The notes: generated by a model from the sequence alone, not told the origin. A DNA stretch of 64,000 nucleotides from Clostridia bacterium (GCA_910574255.1 CAJTAK010000001.1:83779-147778); one strand, 5' to 3'. Positions 16,503-27,019 are shown, counted from the stretch's first letter. Program-made: numbers and translations.

Positions 16503-19500
16503 ATGGAGTCTTCGATTCTGAAGAAAGCGGGAAAGTTCCTGCGTGAACAAGGGAAAAATAATCGGTGGAGAAAGATCCTGACAGTACTGGGTGCGATCGT
16601 GGTGTTTGTGACAGCATATATACTGTTGATGCCTGCGGTTGCCCTAGAACATAAGAGTGTATGCGGACTGGAGGAACATACCCATACAGAAGAGTGTTAC
16701 GGCCAGGCAGCAGTCTGCGGTAAAGTGGGAGCCGGGGATGAGAGCGAAGAACCGGTAACCCTTGAATTTGTCTGCACATTTCCGGAGGAACTGCATGTTC
16801 ATACCAGAGAATGTTATGACGGAGAAGACAATCTGATCTGTGGTTATGCGGATTATGCGGTCCATGAGCATACGCAAGGCTGTTATGAGGATGGCAGGCT
16901 GGTATGTCCCCTTGAAGAGATCGAGGAACACGAGCATACGGAAAGCTGTTACCGGGTCAATGACAGCGGATATATCTGCGGCCAGGAAGAGGCGGAAGCC
17001 CATACTCACGCAGATGCCTGCTATACAGAGCATCGGGAGCTTACCTGTGAGGAAGAAGAAAGGGAGGGCCATACCCATACAGATGACTGTTACACAGAAG
17101 AATGGGTGACCGTCTGCGGCCTGGAGGATGATCCCGAACATGTCCATGACGAATATTCCTGCTATGAAGTCAGCAGGACACTTACCTGCCAGGAAGAGGA
17201 AAGGGAGGGACACCAGCATGGAGACTCCTGCTACCATGTGGAAAGTGAACTGACCTGCGGCAAAGAAGAGAACTTAAACGGCCATAAGCATACGGAAAGC
17301 TGCCGTGGAGTGGTGAAAGAACTGGTTTGCGGCAAGGATGAGGTCATCCTGCATGAGCATACGGCAGAAGACGGCTGTTATGAGGCAGTCATGGATAATG
17401 ACGGAAACCAGATGCAGGATGAGAACGGCGAGCTCCTTTGGAGACTGGTGTGCGATAAGTTAGAGGTGCTGGAGCACGTACACGACAACGGGTGCTATCA
17501 GGAGCATGCACATACGGAGGAATGCTTTGCGGAAGATTTGATCTGCGGCAAGGAAGAGCATGTACATACGGAGGAATGCTTTGAGGGAACGGTTTACTGC
17601 GGTCTGGAGACGCATACCCATACAGAGGAATGCTATGTAGTAAATGAAGCAGGGGAAAAGGTTCTGAACTGCGGCCTGGAGGAGCATGAACACAGCTTTG
17701 CCTGCTATATCGGACCGGAGGTTTCAGAGGAAGACAGAGAGCGGATTCTCTATGTGGATCAGTTGATTGATGAACTTCCCTCATATGAAGAGATTGGCAT
17801 GGAGCTGGCGGCCTATGAGGAAGCGGGGGATGATGAGGGATACGAGGAGTATTATCTTGATACTGCGTTCTGGGCAGAGATTAGCTATCGTTATTATGAA
17901 GATTTGGATGAATTACAGAAGTATGTGGTCAATGGACCAAAGCTTTTAGAAATGAGTTCATTGTGGGAAGCTTCAACCATGGCACTGGACAATACAGCCA
18001 GTGAATGGAAAGTGACATCTGTCAATCAGATGACAGCTAATAGCAATGATAATAAGTGTGCCTTATTTCATGGAGATAATAAATCAATAAGGGATATAAG
18101 CACGTCAACGTTTCTATATTGGAGCGGATGCGTAGTCGGCTGGCAGAATGAACGCTATGAAGTTATTAAGCTGTTGAAGAATGGTGAGAGCAAAGCCAAT
18201 GAGAAGATACCAGAGGGAGGATGTATACTTTTCTTCTATGGGGACGAGGTGAAAGCTTATAAAGTGGGGGACATTGTAGAATTTGCATTAACAAAACCCT
18301 TTAACGAATTGCCTCAAGGAGCCGTAAGAGGAGGATATGGCACGGTATTCATAGGCGATACTCTAATAGCCCCCAAAGAACCCAAGGATAATCAGGTGAC
18401 AACTGTTTCGGACAGGGCGAGCACAGCCGGGCTGATTAACATCAACCTCTACGATTATGGAAGCAATATCAATGATCTTTATAAAAGCGATCACCGGTAT
18501 CCGGGATTTCAGGATGACGGCGGAACGAAAACGATCGATTTAAATAGTGGCAGTCTATGGGGAGCGAAAGGTTCTTACAATTTTGGCGGAAATATTGTTG
18601 CTGATTTGAATACCGGGTTTAGTCTTATCAATCAGGGCGGGCTGATCAATGCCACAGTGGGCGGTGCAAATACCCCCCTTCATGGAGTGGATGAAAATCA
18701 CCCAAGTCCGATGAATCCCAATCTGGGAGAGGATGGCTATCCTGAACTGAAAGAGGGCGGGATATCCCTGGGCTACTTATTCAGTAATAGTGCTTATGCT
18801 ACACGGAAGAACCGTGACGGGCTGGATGGACTGTTCCGTTATGACGAGACTACAGGGGAATACAGCTTTGACAGCCGCAGCAATTTTGCGGAGTTTGATG
18901 CGGCCAGCAATCAGTTTATTGTATATGATGCATTGCTGTCGCCTAATTACATGATGTATCCCTTTGGAAACTTCCTGCCTTTCAGCAAGATTAATACAGA
19001 AACCACCCAGGCCAGTGAGATTAATCGGGATTACTTCCGAATCATTGCGGCGACTGCGTCAAAAAAAGCAAAAGAGACAACCGATGGGAATCTGAAGACG
19101 GCTTACGAAACCCTGAGCAGAAATCTGGAAACATTTGTGGTGCAGATGGACGAAAAATGCGGTTCCAAAGATTGGGGCGGTATAGAAGCAGTCAGTGCCT
19201 ACTTTGCCACATCCGGTATTCCCCGGACCTTTACGAAAGAGGAACTGGCGAAGATATACTCCGTTGACTATGACGAGGCAAAGAATTTCTTCTTTGGCAT
19301 GAGCATGGAGATGGATTTTTCACAGCCGGTAGAGGGCCTGACCGGTCTGACGAATGATATTCCCATGGAATTTAATTTTGCCGGTGATGATGATGTGTGG
19401 ATCTATATAGATGAGATGCTGTACCTGAATCTGTCCGGTATTCATCGTCATGTGGGTGGCAAGATTGATTTTGTAAATGGAAGAATTTACTATTATGATT

Positions 19501-21812
19501 TGACCGTAGAGGCAGGAGATATAACAACAAGTCCCGATCAGACAGATACTTTCGAGCAGGTTATCAGGAGGAGCATGAAAGCGGCCGGAAAGACGGAATC
19601 GGAGATTGTGGCGGCTCTGGATGCAACCCTGAAAAAGGAAAATGGAGTTTATACCACATTTAAGGATAACTCAGCTCATAATTTCAAGTTTTATTATATG
19701 GAGCGTGGTGCCGGTTCCGGTGTGTGCAAGATAAATTTCAACTTCCCATTGCTGGAGAAGAACGCCCTCGCTCTGGGTAAGTCTCTGAGTGTTGACAACG
19801 GGGAAGTGGAAGATCTGTTGGGCAATCCGGACTTCCTGTTCCAGGTATTGGCAGCAAACAGCAATAATCAGAAGCCGGGTGAAAATGAACCGGAAGAACT
19901 CTTCATCAAAAAGGGCACGGCGTACAACGTTTATCGTCCCCGCTGCGGAATGGACACTTCAGAGGAACACCGACACAATGGGGACTGTTATGTGCAGTGC
20001 AAAATGGCGGCATCCGATGAACATCGGCACAGCGGAAAGTGCTATGGAGATAATCCGGCAAGAACGGGTATCACAGGGGAAGGCGGCATTATTACCCTGA
20101 AAAAGGATGAATGTGCAGTGTTCCCGGAACTTTCGGTAATAAGCGGCGGATATTACATTCGGGAACTTTTTGACAGCAGTTCCATTGATCAGTATGCGGA
20201 TGTGCAGGGAGGAGGCAGTTCCACCACTGACCGTAATGATATTCATGTAGGAGATAAGACTTTCGTAGGAAAAGAGACGGAAATTTACCATATGCTGAAC
20301 GGCAGCACGTTCTTTGCTTTTGATAATAAAGTGAAAACTACAAAGCTGGGCAGACTGAAGATTACTAAGGAATTGGTAATAGGAGAGGTGGATGCAGAAA
20401 GTTCGGAAGAGACATTCCGCATAGAAGTGCAGTTAAGCGGCACGAAGCTTCCGGTAGGTACATCCTACACGGTAACAGGTGCCGACGGAACAGAAGAGAC
20501 AAGAACCGTAGAAGAGGAGGGTATTATTCTCTTAAAGGGCGGTGAGACGGCACTGATTGAGAAGATTCTGGCAGGTACTGAGTATACCATTCAGGAGGAT
20601 CCGGCATCCACAGAGGGGTATCAGGTAGATTATACGCCGCCCACTATGGGAACCAAGGTGGCAGGGGATGAAGCCCATTACGGAAAGCCCTATGTGAAAG
20701 GAATTGTCAGCATCTATGATGAGGATGAAACCAAAATTTCTACCACAATAACGAATACAACCAAAGGCACGGGACTGGCGATACCGGTTCATAAGGTGCT
20801 CAGTAATCCTGATGGTAACAGCCATGCATACAGATTCCAACTGGTAGAGTTGGACGGCATACGGGGTAATGCAGTAGAGGACGGAAGAAAGGGAGAGGTT
20901 TCCCTTGTGTTTGAAAAGGGCACGGCTGATAGGGCTTTAGAACAGGAAAAGAGATTTGCTCCGATTCTGTATCTGACCAAGAATCTGAAAGACGGAGAGA
21001 CGGCAACGTATTATTACCAGATCACTGAGCTTGCAGAGGAGACTGAGACTGAAAAAGATCCGACGGTACGATATGACGAGACAGCCTATACGGTGGAAGT
21101 TCGGGTTACCAGAAAGAATGAGACCGTGACTGTGGATGAGGTTCTCATTCATAAAGAGGGGATGGAACCGACGAAGGTTCCCCTTACTCCGGAAGAAAAC
21201 GGAATTGTCACATTCGCAGGCGATAAGAGTCCGCTGACATTTAAGAATACACTGCTCCATGATCTGACAGTGCGGAAGCTGGCATCCGGCGGAAACAGCA
21301 GCGAAGCCACATTCAAGTTCGACATAGAACTGACGGGAAGTAATAAAACGGTAATCGTAGACGGTACGTACCCCTATGAGATTGAAAGGGTTAATGACAA
21401 CCTGGAATCCGAGATACAGACAGGAGAGGTTGCATTCCAAAGTGGAAAGGCATCTATAGAGCTTCGTTCAAAAGATACCCTGACCATCAAGGGTCTGCCC
21501 TACGGAGTAAGCTGGAAAGTAGTGGAGACTACCATTGACGGATATTATGTGGGCCATATCACGGGAGAAGATCCGGTACTGGCAGTTGATGACAGGAAGC
21601 AGGATGAAAATGAGGGGGCCGAAGCCAGCGGTGAACTGACAGAGACCACAGACAGCGTAACGTTCATTAACCGAACCACCTATGAACTTCCGGAATCCGG
21701 AGGGCCGGGTACAAACTTATATACAATGGCAGGCATCAGCTTGTTGCTGATGGCGGGCCTGATGTATAGAAAAAAAATCAGGGAAAGGAGGGCGGGTTCC
21801 TCCAGGAACTGA
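16503..21812 (+). CDS. Giant LPXTG-anchored surface adhesin (1769 aa): Cys/His tandem-repeat region, PA14/fibro-slime-like domain and Cna-B/pilin-isopeptide-like domains; probable pilus tip protein
   Basis: RBS AAAGGAGG. An N-terminal TM/signal segment. About 15 repeats of C-x4-H-x-H-x3-C-Y. The motif GDDDVWIYIDEMLYLNLSGIHRHVGG (fibro-slime/PA14-like). Repeated beta-sandwich-like stretches. A C-terminal sorting signal LPESGG plus a hydrophobic segment plus RKKIRERR. Confidence 0.85.
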   Translation: MESSILKKAGKFLREQGKNNRWRKILTVLGAIVVFVTAYILLMPAVALEHKSVCGLEEHTHTEECYGQAAVCGKVGAGDESEEPVTLEFVCTFPEELHVHTRECYDGEDNLICGYADYAVHEHTQGCYEDGRLVCPLEEIEEHEHTESCYRVNDSGYICGQEEAEAHTHADACYTEHRELTCEEEEREGHTHTDDCYTEEWVTVCGLEDDPEHVHDEYSCYEVSRTLTCQEEEREGHQHGDSCYHVESELTCGKEENLNGHKHTESCRGVVKELVCGKDEVILHEHTAEDGCYEAVMDNDGNQMQDENGELLWRLVCDKLEVLEHVHDNGCYQEHAHTEECFAEDLICGKEEHVHTEECFEGTVYCGLETHTHTEECYVVNEAGEKVLNCGLEEHEHSFACYIGPEVSEEDRERILYVDQLIDELPSYEEIGMELAAYEEAGDDEGYEEYYLDTAFWAEISYRYYEDLDELQKYVVNGPKLLEMSSLWEASTMALDNTASEWKVTSVNQMTANSNDNKCALFHGDNKSIRDISTSTFLYWSGCVVGWQNERYEVIKLLKNGESKANEKIPEGGCILFFYGDEVKAYKVGDIVEFALTKPFNELPQGAVRGGYGTVFIGDTLIAPKEPKDNQVTTVSDRASTAGLININLYDYGSNINDLYKSDHRYPGFQDDGGTKTIDLNSGSLWGAKGSYNFGGNIVADLNTGFSLINQGGLINATVGGANTPLHGVDENHPSPMNPNLGEDGYPELKEGGISLGYLFSNSAYATRKNRDGLDGLFRYDETTGEYSFDSRSNFAEFDAASNQFIVYDALLSPNYMMYPFGNFLPFSKINTETTQASEINRDYFRIIAATASKKAKETTDGNLKTAYETLSRNLETFVVQMDEKCGSKDWGGIEAVSAYFATSGIPRTFTKEELAKIYSVDYDEAKNFFFGMSMEMDFSQPVEGLTGLTNDIPMEFNFAGDDDVWIYIDEMLYLNLSGIHRHVGGKIDFVNGRIYYYDLTVEAGDITTSPDQTDTFEQVIRRSMKAAGKTESEIVAALDATLKKENGVYTTFKDNSAHNFKFYYMERGAGSGVCKINFNFPLLEKNALALGKSLSVDNGEVEDLLGNPDFLFQVLAANSNNQKPGENEPEELFIKKGTAYNVYRPRCGMDTSEEHRHNGDCYVQCKMAASDEHRHSGKCYGDNPARTGITGEGGIITLKKDECAVFPELSVISGGYYIRELFDSSSIDQYADVQGGGSSTTDRNDIHVGDKTFVGKETEIYHMLNGSTFFAFDNKVKTTKLGRLKITKELVIGEVDAESSEETFRIEVQLSGTKLPVGTSYTVTGADGTEETRTVEEEGIILLKGGETALIEKILAGTEYTIQEDPASTEGYQVDYTPPTMGTKVAGDEAHYGKPYVKGIVSIYDEDETKISTTITNTTKGTGLAIPVHKVLSNPDGNSHAYRFQLVELDGIRGNAVEDGRKGEVSLVFEKGTADRALEQEKRFAPILYLTKNLKDGETATYYYQITELAEETETEKDPTVRYDETAYTVEVRVTRKNETVTVDEVLIHKEGMEPTKVPLTPEENGIVTFAGDKSPLTFKNTLLHDLTVRKLASGGNSSEATFKFDIELTGSNKTVIVDGTYPYEIERVNDNLESEIQTGEVAFQSGKASIELRSKDTLTIKGLPYGVSWKVVETTIDGYYVGHITGEDPVLAVDDRKQDENEGAEASGELTETTDSVTFINRTTYELPESGGPGTNLYTMAGISLLLMAGLMYRKKIRERRAGSSRN
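16656..17724 (+). repeat. Tandem array (about 15 units) of the Cys/His motif C-x4-H-x-H-x3-C-Y, encoded by imperfect 60-90-bp DNA repeats
   Basis: Units such as CGLEEHTHTEECY, CTFPEELHVHTRECY, CEEEEREGHTHTDDCY, CGKEEHVHTEECF and CGLETHTHTEECY. Two more units lie near 19940-20060 (CGMDTSEEHRHNGDCY, ASDEHRHSGKCY). Confidence 0.85.
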
Positions 21813-21880
21813 ATATGCGGCCCCTGGCCGTTGAAACTCATTGTTACAAAGTAGATATAAAGGGAAAAGGAGAATAAGTT

Positions 21881-23395
21881 ATGAAACGAGTGAAAAAGTT
21901 GTTGAGCCTTGTTCTGGCTATGATGCTGGTACTGGCGATGGGAAGCACGGTTATGGCTTCAGGTCCGAATGAAGAGGAGCCTGTTCCCACAAATGGAAGT
22001 ATTAAGATTGAGAATGCGATTCCGGGACAGAGCTACAGCATTTATCGGGTTTTTGATTTAAGCTATTCAGAAGAAAATAAGGCATATTCCTATACTGTAA
22101 ACAACGACTGGCTTGGTTTTGTTACAGGTGAGGGTGCAGCTTATGTAACAGTAGAGACAATCGGAACAAACAATTATGTAACCTGGAAAGCAGATAAGAA
22201 CACAGACAAAGATGCTGCAGATTTTGCAAAGCTTGCATTAGCATATGCAAAAGGTAATATGATATCTGCTGTTGGTACAGAAACGGCAGATGGAGAAGGC
22301 GAGACAACTACAGTCGAGTTTACAGGTCTGGGGCTTGGGTATTATTTGGTTGACTCTAGTACAGGTGCGTTATGTTCATTGAATACAGCAACGCCAGATG
22401 CAACAATTCAGGAAAAGAATGAAAAGACTACAGTTGAGAAAGAGGTTGAGGAACCTACGGCTTCTGTAGGAGATGAACTTCATTACACAGTAAAGATTAA
22501 CGTTAAGAGCGGTTCCGAAAAGTATATACTGCATGACAAAATGTCAGAAGGATTAACTTTTAATGCTGACTCTCTCAAGGTTACTCTGCTTGATCCTAAT
22601 GTGACAGATTTAACTGCGGGGGCGCCGGTAGATGCTGATAAGTATACATTATTAACCGAGACAGACGATGATGATACATTTGATGTTGTATTCAATGAAG
22701 CTTACTGTGAAACTTTAGCCCCCAACAGCACTCTTGTTATAACCTACACAGCTGAAATCAACGAGGGTGCGCTAATCGAAGATAAAGTAAATAATACTGT
22801 AAGACTTGATTTTGGTGAGAACAACCGTACGGAAGATAAGACCGTAGAAACGAAGCTTTTTGATTTGGGTATCCAAAAAGTTGATGGCAGAGATAATAAA
22901 GGATTGGCAGGTGCTGTCTTTACACTTTCAAAAGAACTGTCTCTGGCAGATGGAAGTGATACAGCAGAAAAAGTTGGAGTAACTTTTGCGTATAATGATG
23001 AGAGTAAATGTTACGCAGCTACCGGAACAGGTGCGGCAAGCGAAATTAATGTTGAATCGGACGGTTCTCTTAAATTAAAAGGGCTGGGTGCCGGAACTTA
23101 TTATTTACATGAGGTAAAGGCACCAGATGGATATAATGCTTTAAAAGAAGACATAAAAATCGTAATTAATGAGAATGGAAATGTTACTGTAGTATCTAAA
23201 AAGCTGGACGAAAATGGTGTTGAGATGGATGAAGTAGAGACGGTTACAACAGTTACCGTTCAGAATATGACCGGTGCAGAGCTTCCTTCCACCGGTGGTA
23301 TCGGTACTACTATCTTCTACGTACTGGGCGGTATCCTGGTAGTTGGAGCTGGTATCATGTTAGTGGTAAAGAAACGCATGAGCAGTGAGAAATAA
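21881..23395 (+). CDS. LPXTG-anchored major pilin / fimbrial subunit (SpaA-like isopeptide-forming)
   Basis: Signal peptide MKRVKKLLSLVLAMMLVLAMG. Thr-rich beta-sandwich sequence. A C-terminal LPSTGG plus TM plus KKRMSSEK. Immediately followed by a class C sortase. Confidence 0.8.
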   Translation: MKRVKKLLSLVLAMMLVLAMGSTVMASGPNEEEPVPTNGSIKIENAIPGQSYSIYRVFDLSYSEENKAYSYTVNNDWLGFVTGEGAAYVTVETIGTNNYVTWKADKNTDKDAADFAKLALAYAKGNMISAVGTETADGEGETTTVEFTGLGLGYYLVDSSTGALCSLNTATPDATIQEKNEKTTVEKEVEEPTASVGDELHYTVKINVKSGSEKYILHDKMSEGLTFNADSLKVTLLDPNVTDLTAGAPVDADKYTLLTETDDDDTFDVVFNEAYCETLAPNSTLVITYTAEINEGALIEDKVNNTVRLDFGENNRTEDKTVETKLFDLGIQKVDGRDNKGLAGAVFTLSKELSLADGSDTAEKVGVTFAYNDESKCYAATGTGAASEINVESDGSLKLKGLGAGTYYLHEVKAPDGYNALKEDIKIVINENGNVTVVSKKLDENGVEMDEVETVTTVTVQNMTGAELPSTGGIGTTIFYVLGGILVVGAGIMLVVKKRMSSEK

Positions 23396-23521
23396 GACTG
23401 TAAAAAATTTGAACAAAAAAGATTTGTCTGTTGTAGGTCATGTTCACAGTCAAAGACGGTGAACCATGGCAGCCGGAGAGGAATCTGCCTCTCCGGTATA
23501 CAACAGCAAGGAGAATCCTGC

Positions 23522-24337
23522 ATGAAGAAACACTTATCAAACATTATTTTAATAGTTATCCTGCTTGCAGGCTTGTCCTTGCTGCTGTACCCTACAGTCA
23601 GTGACTATTGGAACAAGTTTCACCAATCCCAGGCAATTGCCAGCTATGCGGAGGCCGTAGCGGATTTGGATGATGAGACCTATGAACAGTTGTGGAGTGA
23701 GGCTGTTGAGTACAATCAGTCTCTACGATCCAGGGCCAACCGATATCACCCCACAGAGGAAGAACATGCGGCATATGAAGCTTTGCTCAATGTTTCCGGT
23801 AATGGTATCATGGGTTACATTGAGATAGAGAGTATCAACTGCTATCTTCCCATTTATCATGGTGTGGAAGAGTCCGTGCTTCAGATTGCAGTGGGGCATA
23901 TAGAGGGAACCTCTCTGCCGGTAGGCGGACCGGGAAGTCACTGCGTATTGTCCGGTCATAGAGGTCTGCCATCCGCAAAGCTGTTTACGGATCTGGACCA
24001 GATGCGGGAGGGAGATGTTTTTGTCCTCCGGGTACTGGATGAGACTCTGACTTATGAAGTGGATCAGATCCGCATTGTTCTGCCGGAAGAGGTGAATGAT
24101 TTGGAACTGGTGGACGGGATGGATTACTGTACGCTGGTGACCTGTACGCCTTATGGCATCAACAGTCACCGTATGCTGGTGCGGGGACACCGGATTGACA
24201 ATCTGGCGGATGCGTCTTCCATTCGTGTAACGGCAGATGCCATGCAGTTAAGGCCGGTGCTTATCACGCCGATTTTAATGGTACCCATATTATTATTGTT
24301 GGTTATCTGGTTTCGAATTCGACGCCGAAGAAGATAG
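23522..24337 (+). CDS. srtC: Class C (pilus-polymerising) sortase
   Basis: An N-terminal TM segment, catalytic His in HIEGTSLPVG, the TLVTCTPYG active-site Cys motif, Arg in VRGHRI, and a C-terminal TM plus RIRRRRR lid/anchor. ATG at 23522 behind AAGGAGA. Confidence 0.85.
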   Translation: MKKHLSNIILIVILLAGLSLLLYPTVSDYWNKFHQSQAIASYAEAVADLDDETYEQLWSEAVEYNQSLRSRANRYHPTEEEHAAYEALLNVSGNGIMGYIEIESINCYLPIYHGVEESVLQIAVGHIEGTSLPVGGPGSHCVLSGHRGLPSAKLFTDLDQMREGDVFVLRVLDETLTYEVDQIRIVLPEEVNDLELVDGMDYCTLVTCTPYGINSHRMLVRGHRIDNLADASSIRVTADAMQLRPVLITPILMVPILLLLVIWFRIRRRRR

Positions 24338-24347
24338 AAAGAGAGGA

Positions 24348-25646
24348 ATGAGTATGAGAGGGAAATACAGAAAAAAAGTCTGGCTGTGTGCCGCACTGGC
24401 GGCTGTATTGTGTCTCACACTGATGCTGCCTCATAAGAACAGCCTAGCCAGAGTACTTCTTGATACAGAAAGAGAGAAAAACACTCTGAAAGTAAATAAA
24501 GAAAACTTAACCAGTGAAGATTTGCTGAAAGAAGATGCAAGTCTGGCCAACGCAGAGGTGCAGGTATATCTGTATAAACTGGCGACTGTGGATGAGTACG
24601 GACAATATACTCTGGTTGATGGATTCAAAGATCTGGCGGGTCAGCTTCCGGAGGGGGTGCTTGACATCGAGGCACTGAACAGGACAGTGTTTGAGGCAAC
24701 CTCCGACCAGTGGGAGACAACGGCACACTGGGTATCAGAGCTTTTAGGACTTCCCGCATTTACCAGTGAGAAGAATGAAAATAATGAAGATAGTGATGAT
24801 AAGGAAACTCCTCCGGAGGGAGAGCAGAAGTCAGACGGAAAGAAGTTTTACATCCCAGAGAATGAAACTTTAATCGGTCTGCCATGTTATGATAAAACCA
24901 TACTGGCAGGAGACGGGATAGACTATGATGTAGACCAGGGGCTCTATCTGGTCTGGGCAAAGCCTATTGTGACCGAAAAATATATGTACACATTTCTTCC
25001 TTACCTGGTATCCGTTCCGGACAATGCATATGGAAGAGAGGATGATCTCAATAAGGATTCCGATGATTGGAATTATAATGTCGTGGTAGATCTGAAGCCG
25101 GAACGTCAGGAACGCTATCTGGATCTGGAGATAGATAAGACCTTATTGAATTACCAGCCGACTTCCGGCAAGGCCATGTTTATATTTGAAATCAGGGCTG
25201 AGAAAGGGACGACGGAAGAGGGCGACCCAATCGTAGTGTTTCATGATGTGGTGGGTCTGGAATTCAACGGAGATGGCAACAAGAGTGTGCGGGTAAGGAA
25301 TATCCCGGCAGGCTCCAAAGTGACAATCACAGAGATCCGTACCGGTACAACTTACCGACTGGTTTCCAAAAAAGTAGTTCCGGCAGATGGGGTTACTCTG
25401 GGAACAACGGAGACGGCAGACGGTTTTGTGATAGACAGCCTGTCAGGCAAAGCGGACTGGATATCTTCCCAGGGAACCGAAGAGGGAGAGAATGAACTTG
25501 TAGCTAATGTATCATTTACCAATGATTACAGTGGAGAAGACGGGCCGAAGACAGATGGCATTGTAAATCAATTTACCCGGATTGACGGAGAGTGGAAGGG
25601 TGCACAGATTATAACAAATCAGGGAGGTGGAGCAGCCAATGAGTAA
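24348..25646 (+). CDS. Secreted protein of unknown function (432 aa) within the pilus/TasA locus
   Basis: An N-terminal signal peptide and no C-terminal sorting motif. Confidence 0.5.
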   Translation: MSMRGKYRKKVWLCAALAAVLCLTLMLPHKNSLARVLLDTEREKNTLKVNKENLTSEDLLKEDASLANAEVQVYLYKLATVDEYGQYTLVDGFKDLAGQLPEGVLDIEALNRTVFEATSDQWETTAHWVSELLGLPAFTSEKNENNEDSDDKETPPEGEQKSDGKKFYIPENETLIGLPCYDKTILAGDGIDYDVDQGLYLVWAKPIVTEKYMYTFLPYLVSVPDNAYGREDDLNKDSDDWNYNVVVDLKPERQERYLDLEIDKTLLNYQPTSGKAMFIFEIRAEKGTTEEGDPIVVFHDVVGLEFNGDGNKSVRVRNIPAGSKVTITEIRTGTTYRLVSKKVVPADGVTLGTTETADGFVIDSLSGKADWISSQGTEEGENELVANVSFTNDYSGEDGPKTDGIVNQFTRIDGEWKGAQIITNQGGGAANE

Positions 25647-26187
25647 AAAGCGATTATACCGCAGACGGACGGCTCTTCTGGCAGCCTTGGCCCTTGTGCT
25701 TCTGTTTGGTTCTACATTAAAGGATTCTCTGGCATACTTTACCACTTACACCAGGGTAAACGGCCACTGGCCGGTAACTTTCGGACCGGATACGGAGATT
25801 GAAGAAACGATCGAAGATCTGATTAAGAAGATCCAGATTGAAAATACAGGAGAGACAGACTGCTTTGTCCGGATAAGGGCGTATTTTGGAGAGGACATGG
25901 TTGTTCTTAAAAAGGTAGAGGAGGCGGATGCAAAGGATGGGGCTGCCCACTGGACACAGGACGGTGATTGGTGGTATTACAGTCAGGTCTTAAAGCCAGG
26001 GAAAAAGACATGTGAACTTGCTATGACCTTTGCACCACACCAAAATCTGCATCTCAATCCGGTTATTGATACATTCCATGTGGTGATTGTTCAGGAAACT
26101 GCACCGGTGCTTTACCGTACCAATCCGGACGGCACACGTACACCCTATGCGGAGTGGCCGGAACAGAATGAGGAGGCCGGATTATGA
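25639..26187 (+). CDS. TasA/camelysin (peptidase M73)-like secreted fibre protein with SipW-cognate-type signal peptide
   Basis: MSKKRLYRRRTALLAALALVLLFGSTLKDSLAYFTTYT resembles TasA/CalY signals (…GGGTFAFFSD). About 180 aa, as for camelysin. SipW is encoded 2.6 kb downstream. Confidence 0.55.
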   Translation: MSKKRLYRRRTALLAALALVLLFGSTLKDSLAYFTTYTRVNGHWPVTFGPDTEIEETIEDLIKKIQIENTGETDCFVRIRAYFGEDMVVLKKVEEADAKDGAAHWTQDGDWWYYSQVLKPGKKTCELAMTFAPHQNLHLNPVIDTFHVVIVQETAPVLYRTNPDGTRTPYAEWPEQNEEAGL

Positions 26188-27014
26188 AGAAGAAAAAGAA
26201 AAACAGATCCAGGGGTGCCTACACCACAGGAATTTTATTTGCGGTGGCAGTTCTTCTGCTCCTTGGAAGCGTAGCCGGCAGCAGTCAGGCGGCACTGACA
26301 TATTACAGCGAGAATTATTCGGCACAGCTTCAGACTTTCGATATTGGTGTCACCCTGGTGGAAAACGGCCGTGATGTGAGTTGGCGTAATTATACCCAGC
26401 GGGATGACAAATGGTATGAGGATGGCGTTGGTCTTCTGACTGATATGCTGTATGCCGGACCGAACGGAGAGCAGGAAGCACTTCAGTTGGAGACGTATTA
26501 TCCGGAGGTACTCTGTGTCAAAAACAGCGGAAATATCGACGAATATGTGAGAGTGTTGATTTACCGTTACTGGGTGGATGAAGAGGAGAGAGGCGATGGG
26601 ATCCCAGTTCCCATAGAGGATAGAAAGAAGAGAACGGATATTTCTCCGGGCTTTATTAAGCTGTCTCCCTGGAATGGCACGGAGACAGGGCAAAGCGGGA
26701 CCCTTTCTTACAATGGATGGGTGCTTGATGAGGCGGCCAGTACAAATGAGCGTATCGTTCTCTATTATACGGGGGTAGTAGGAACAGGAAAGACAACTCC
26801 CCCATTTATGGATGCACTGGCTATCAGTAAAGATGTAGAGAGTGAGTTCAGAATCTCGGATTCTGATGGAAAATATACTTACCAGAATGAAGAGTTTGTA
26901 TTAGAGGTTGAGGCGGATGCCGTGCAGACCCACAATGGGGCAGATGCTATCAAGAGTGCCTGGGGTGTTGACGTAATCGTAGACGCATCCGGCAATCTGA
27001 GTCTGAGGAGGTAG
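26184..27014 (+). CDS. Second TasA/camelysin-like protein with SipW-cognate-type signal peptide
   Basis: MKKKKKNRSRGAYTTGILFAVAVLLLLGSVAGSSQAALTYYSENY. Start overlaps the upstream stop. Confidence 0.5.
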   Translation: MKKKKKNRSRGAYTTGILFAVAVLLLLGSVAGSSQAALTYYSENYSAQLQTFDIGVTLVENGRDVSWRNYTQRDDKWYEDGVGLLTDMLYAGPNGEQEALQLETYYPEVLCVKNSGNIDEYVRVLIYRYWVDEEERGDGIPVPIEDRKKRTDISPGFIKLSPWNGTETGQSGTLSYNGWVLDEAASTNERIVLYYTGVVGTGKTTPPFMDALAISKDVESEFRISDSDGKYTYQNEEFVLEVEADAVQTHNGADAIKSAWGVDVIVDASGNLSLRR

Positions 27015-27019
27015 GGAAA

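Noticed and set aside
16644-17237. 197-aa minus-strand ORF inside the adhesin repeat region
   Set aside because: Antisense to the tandem Cys/His repeats. It is a repeat-driven open frame with no independent support.
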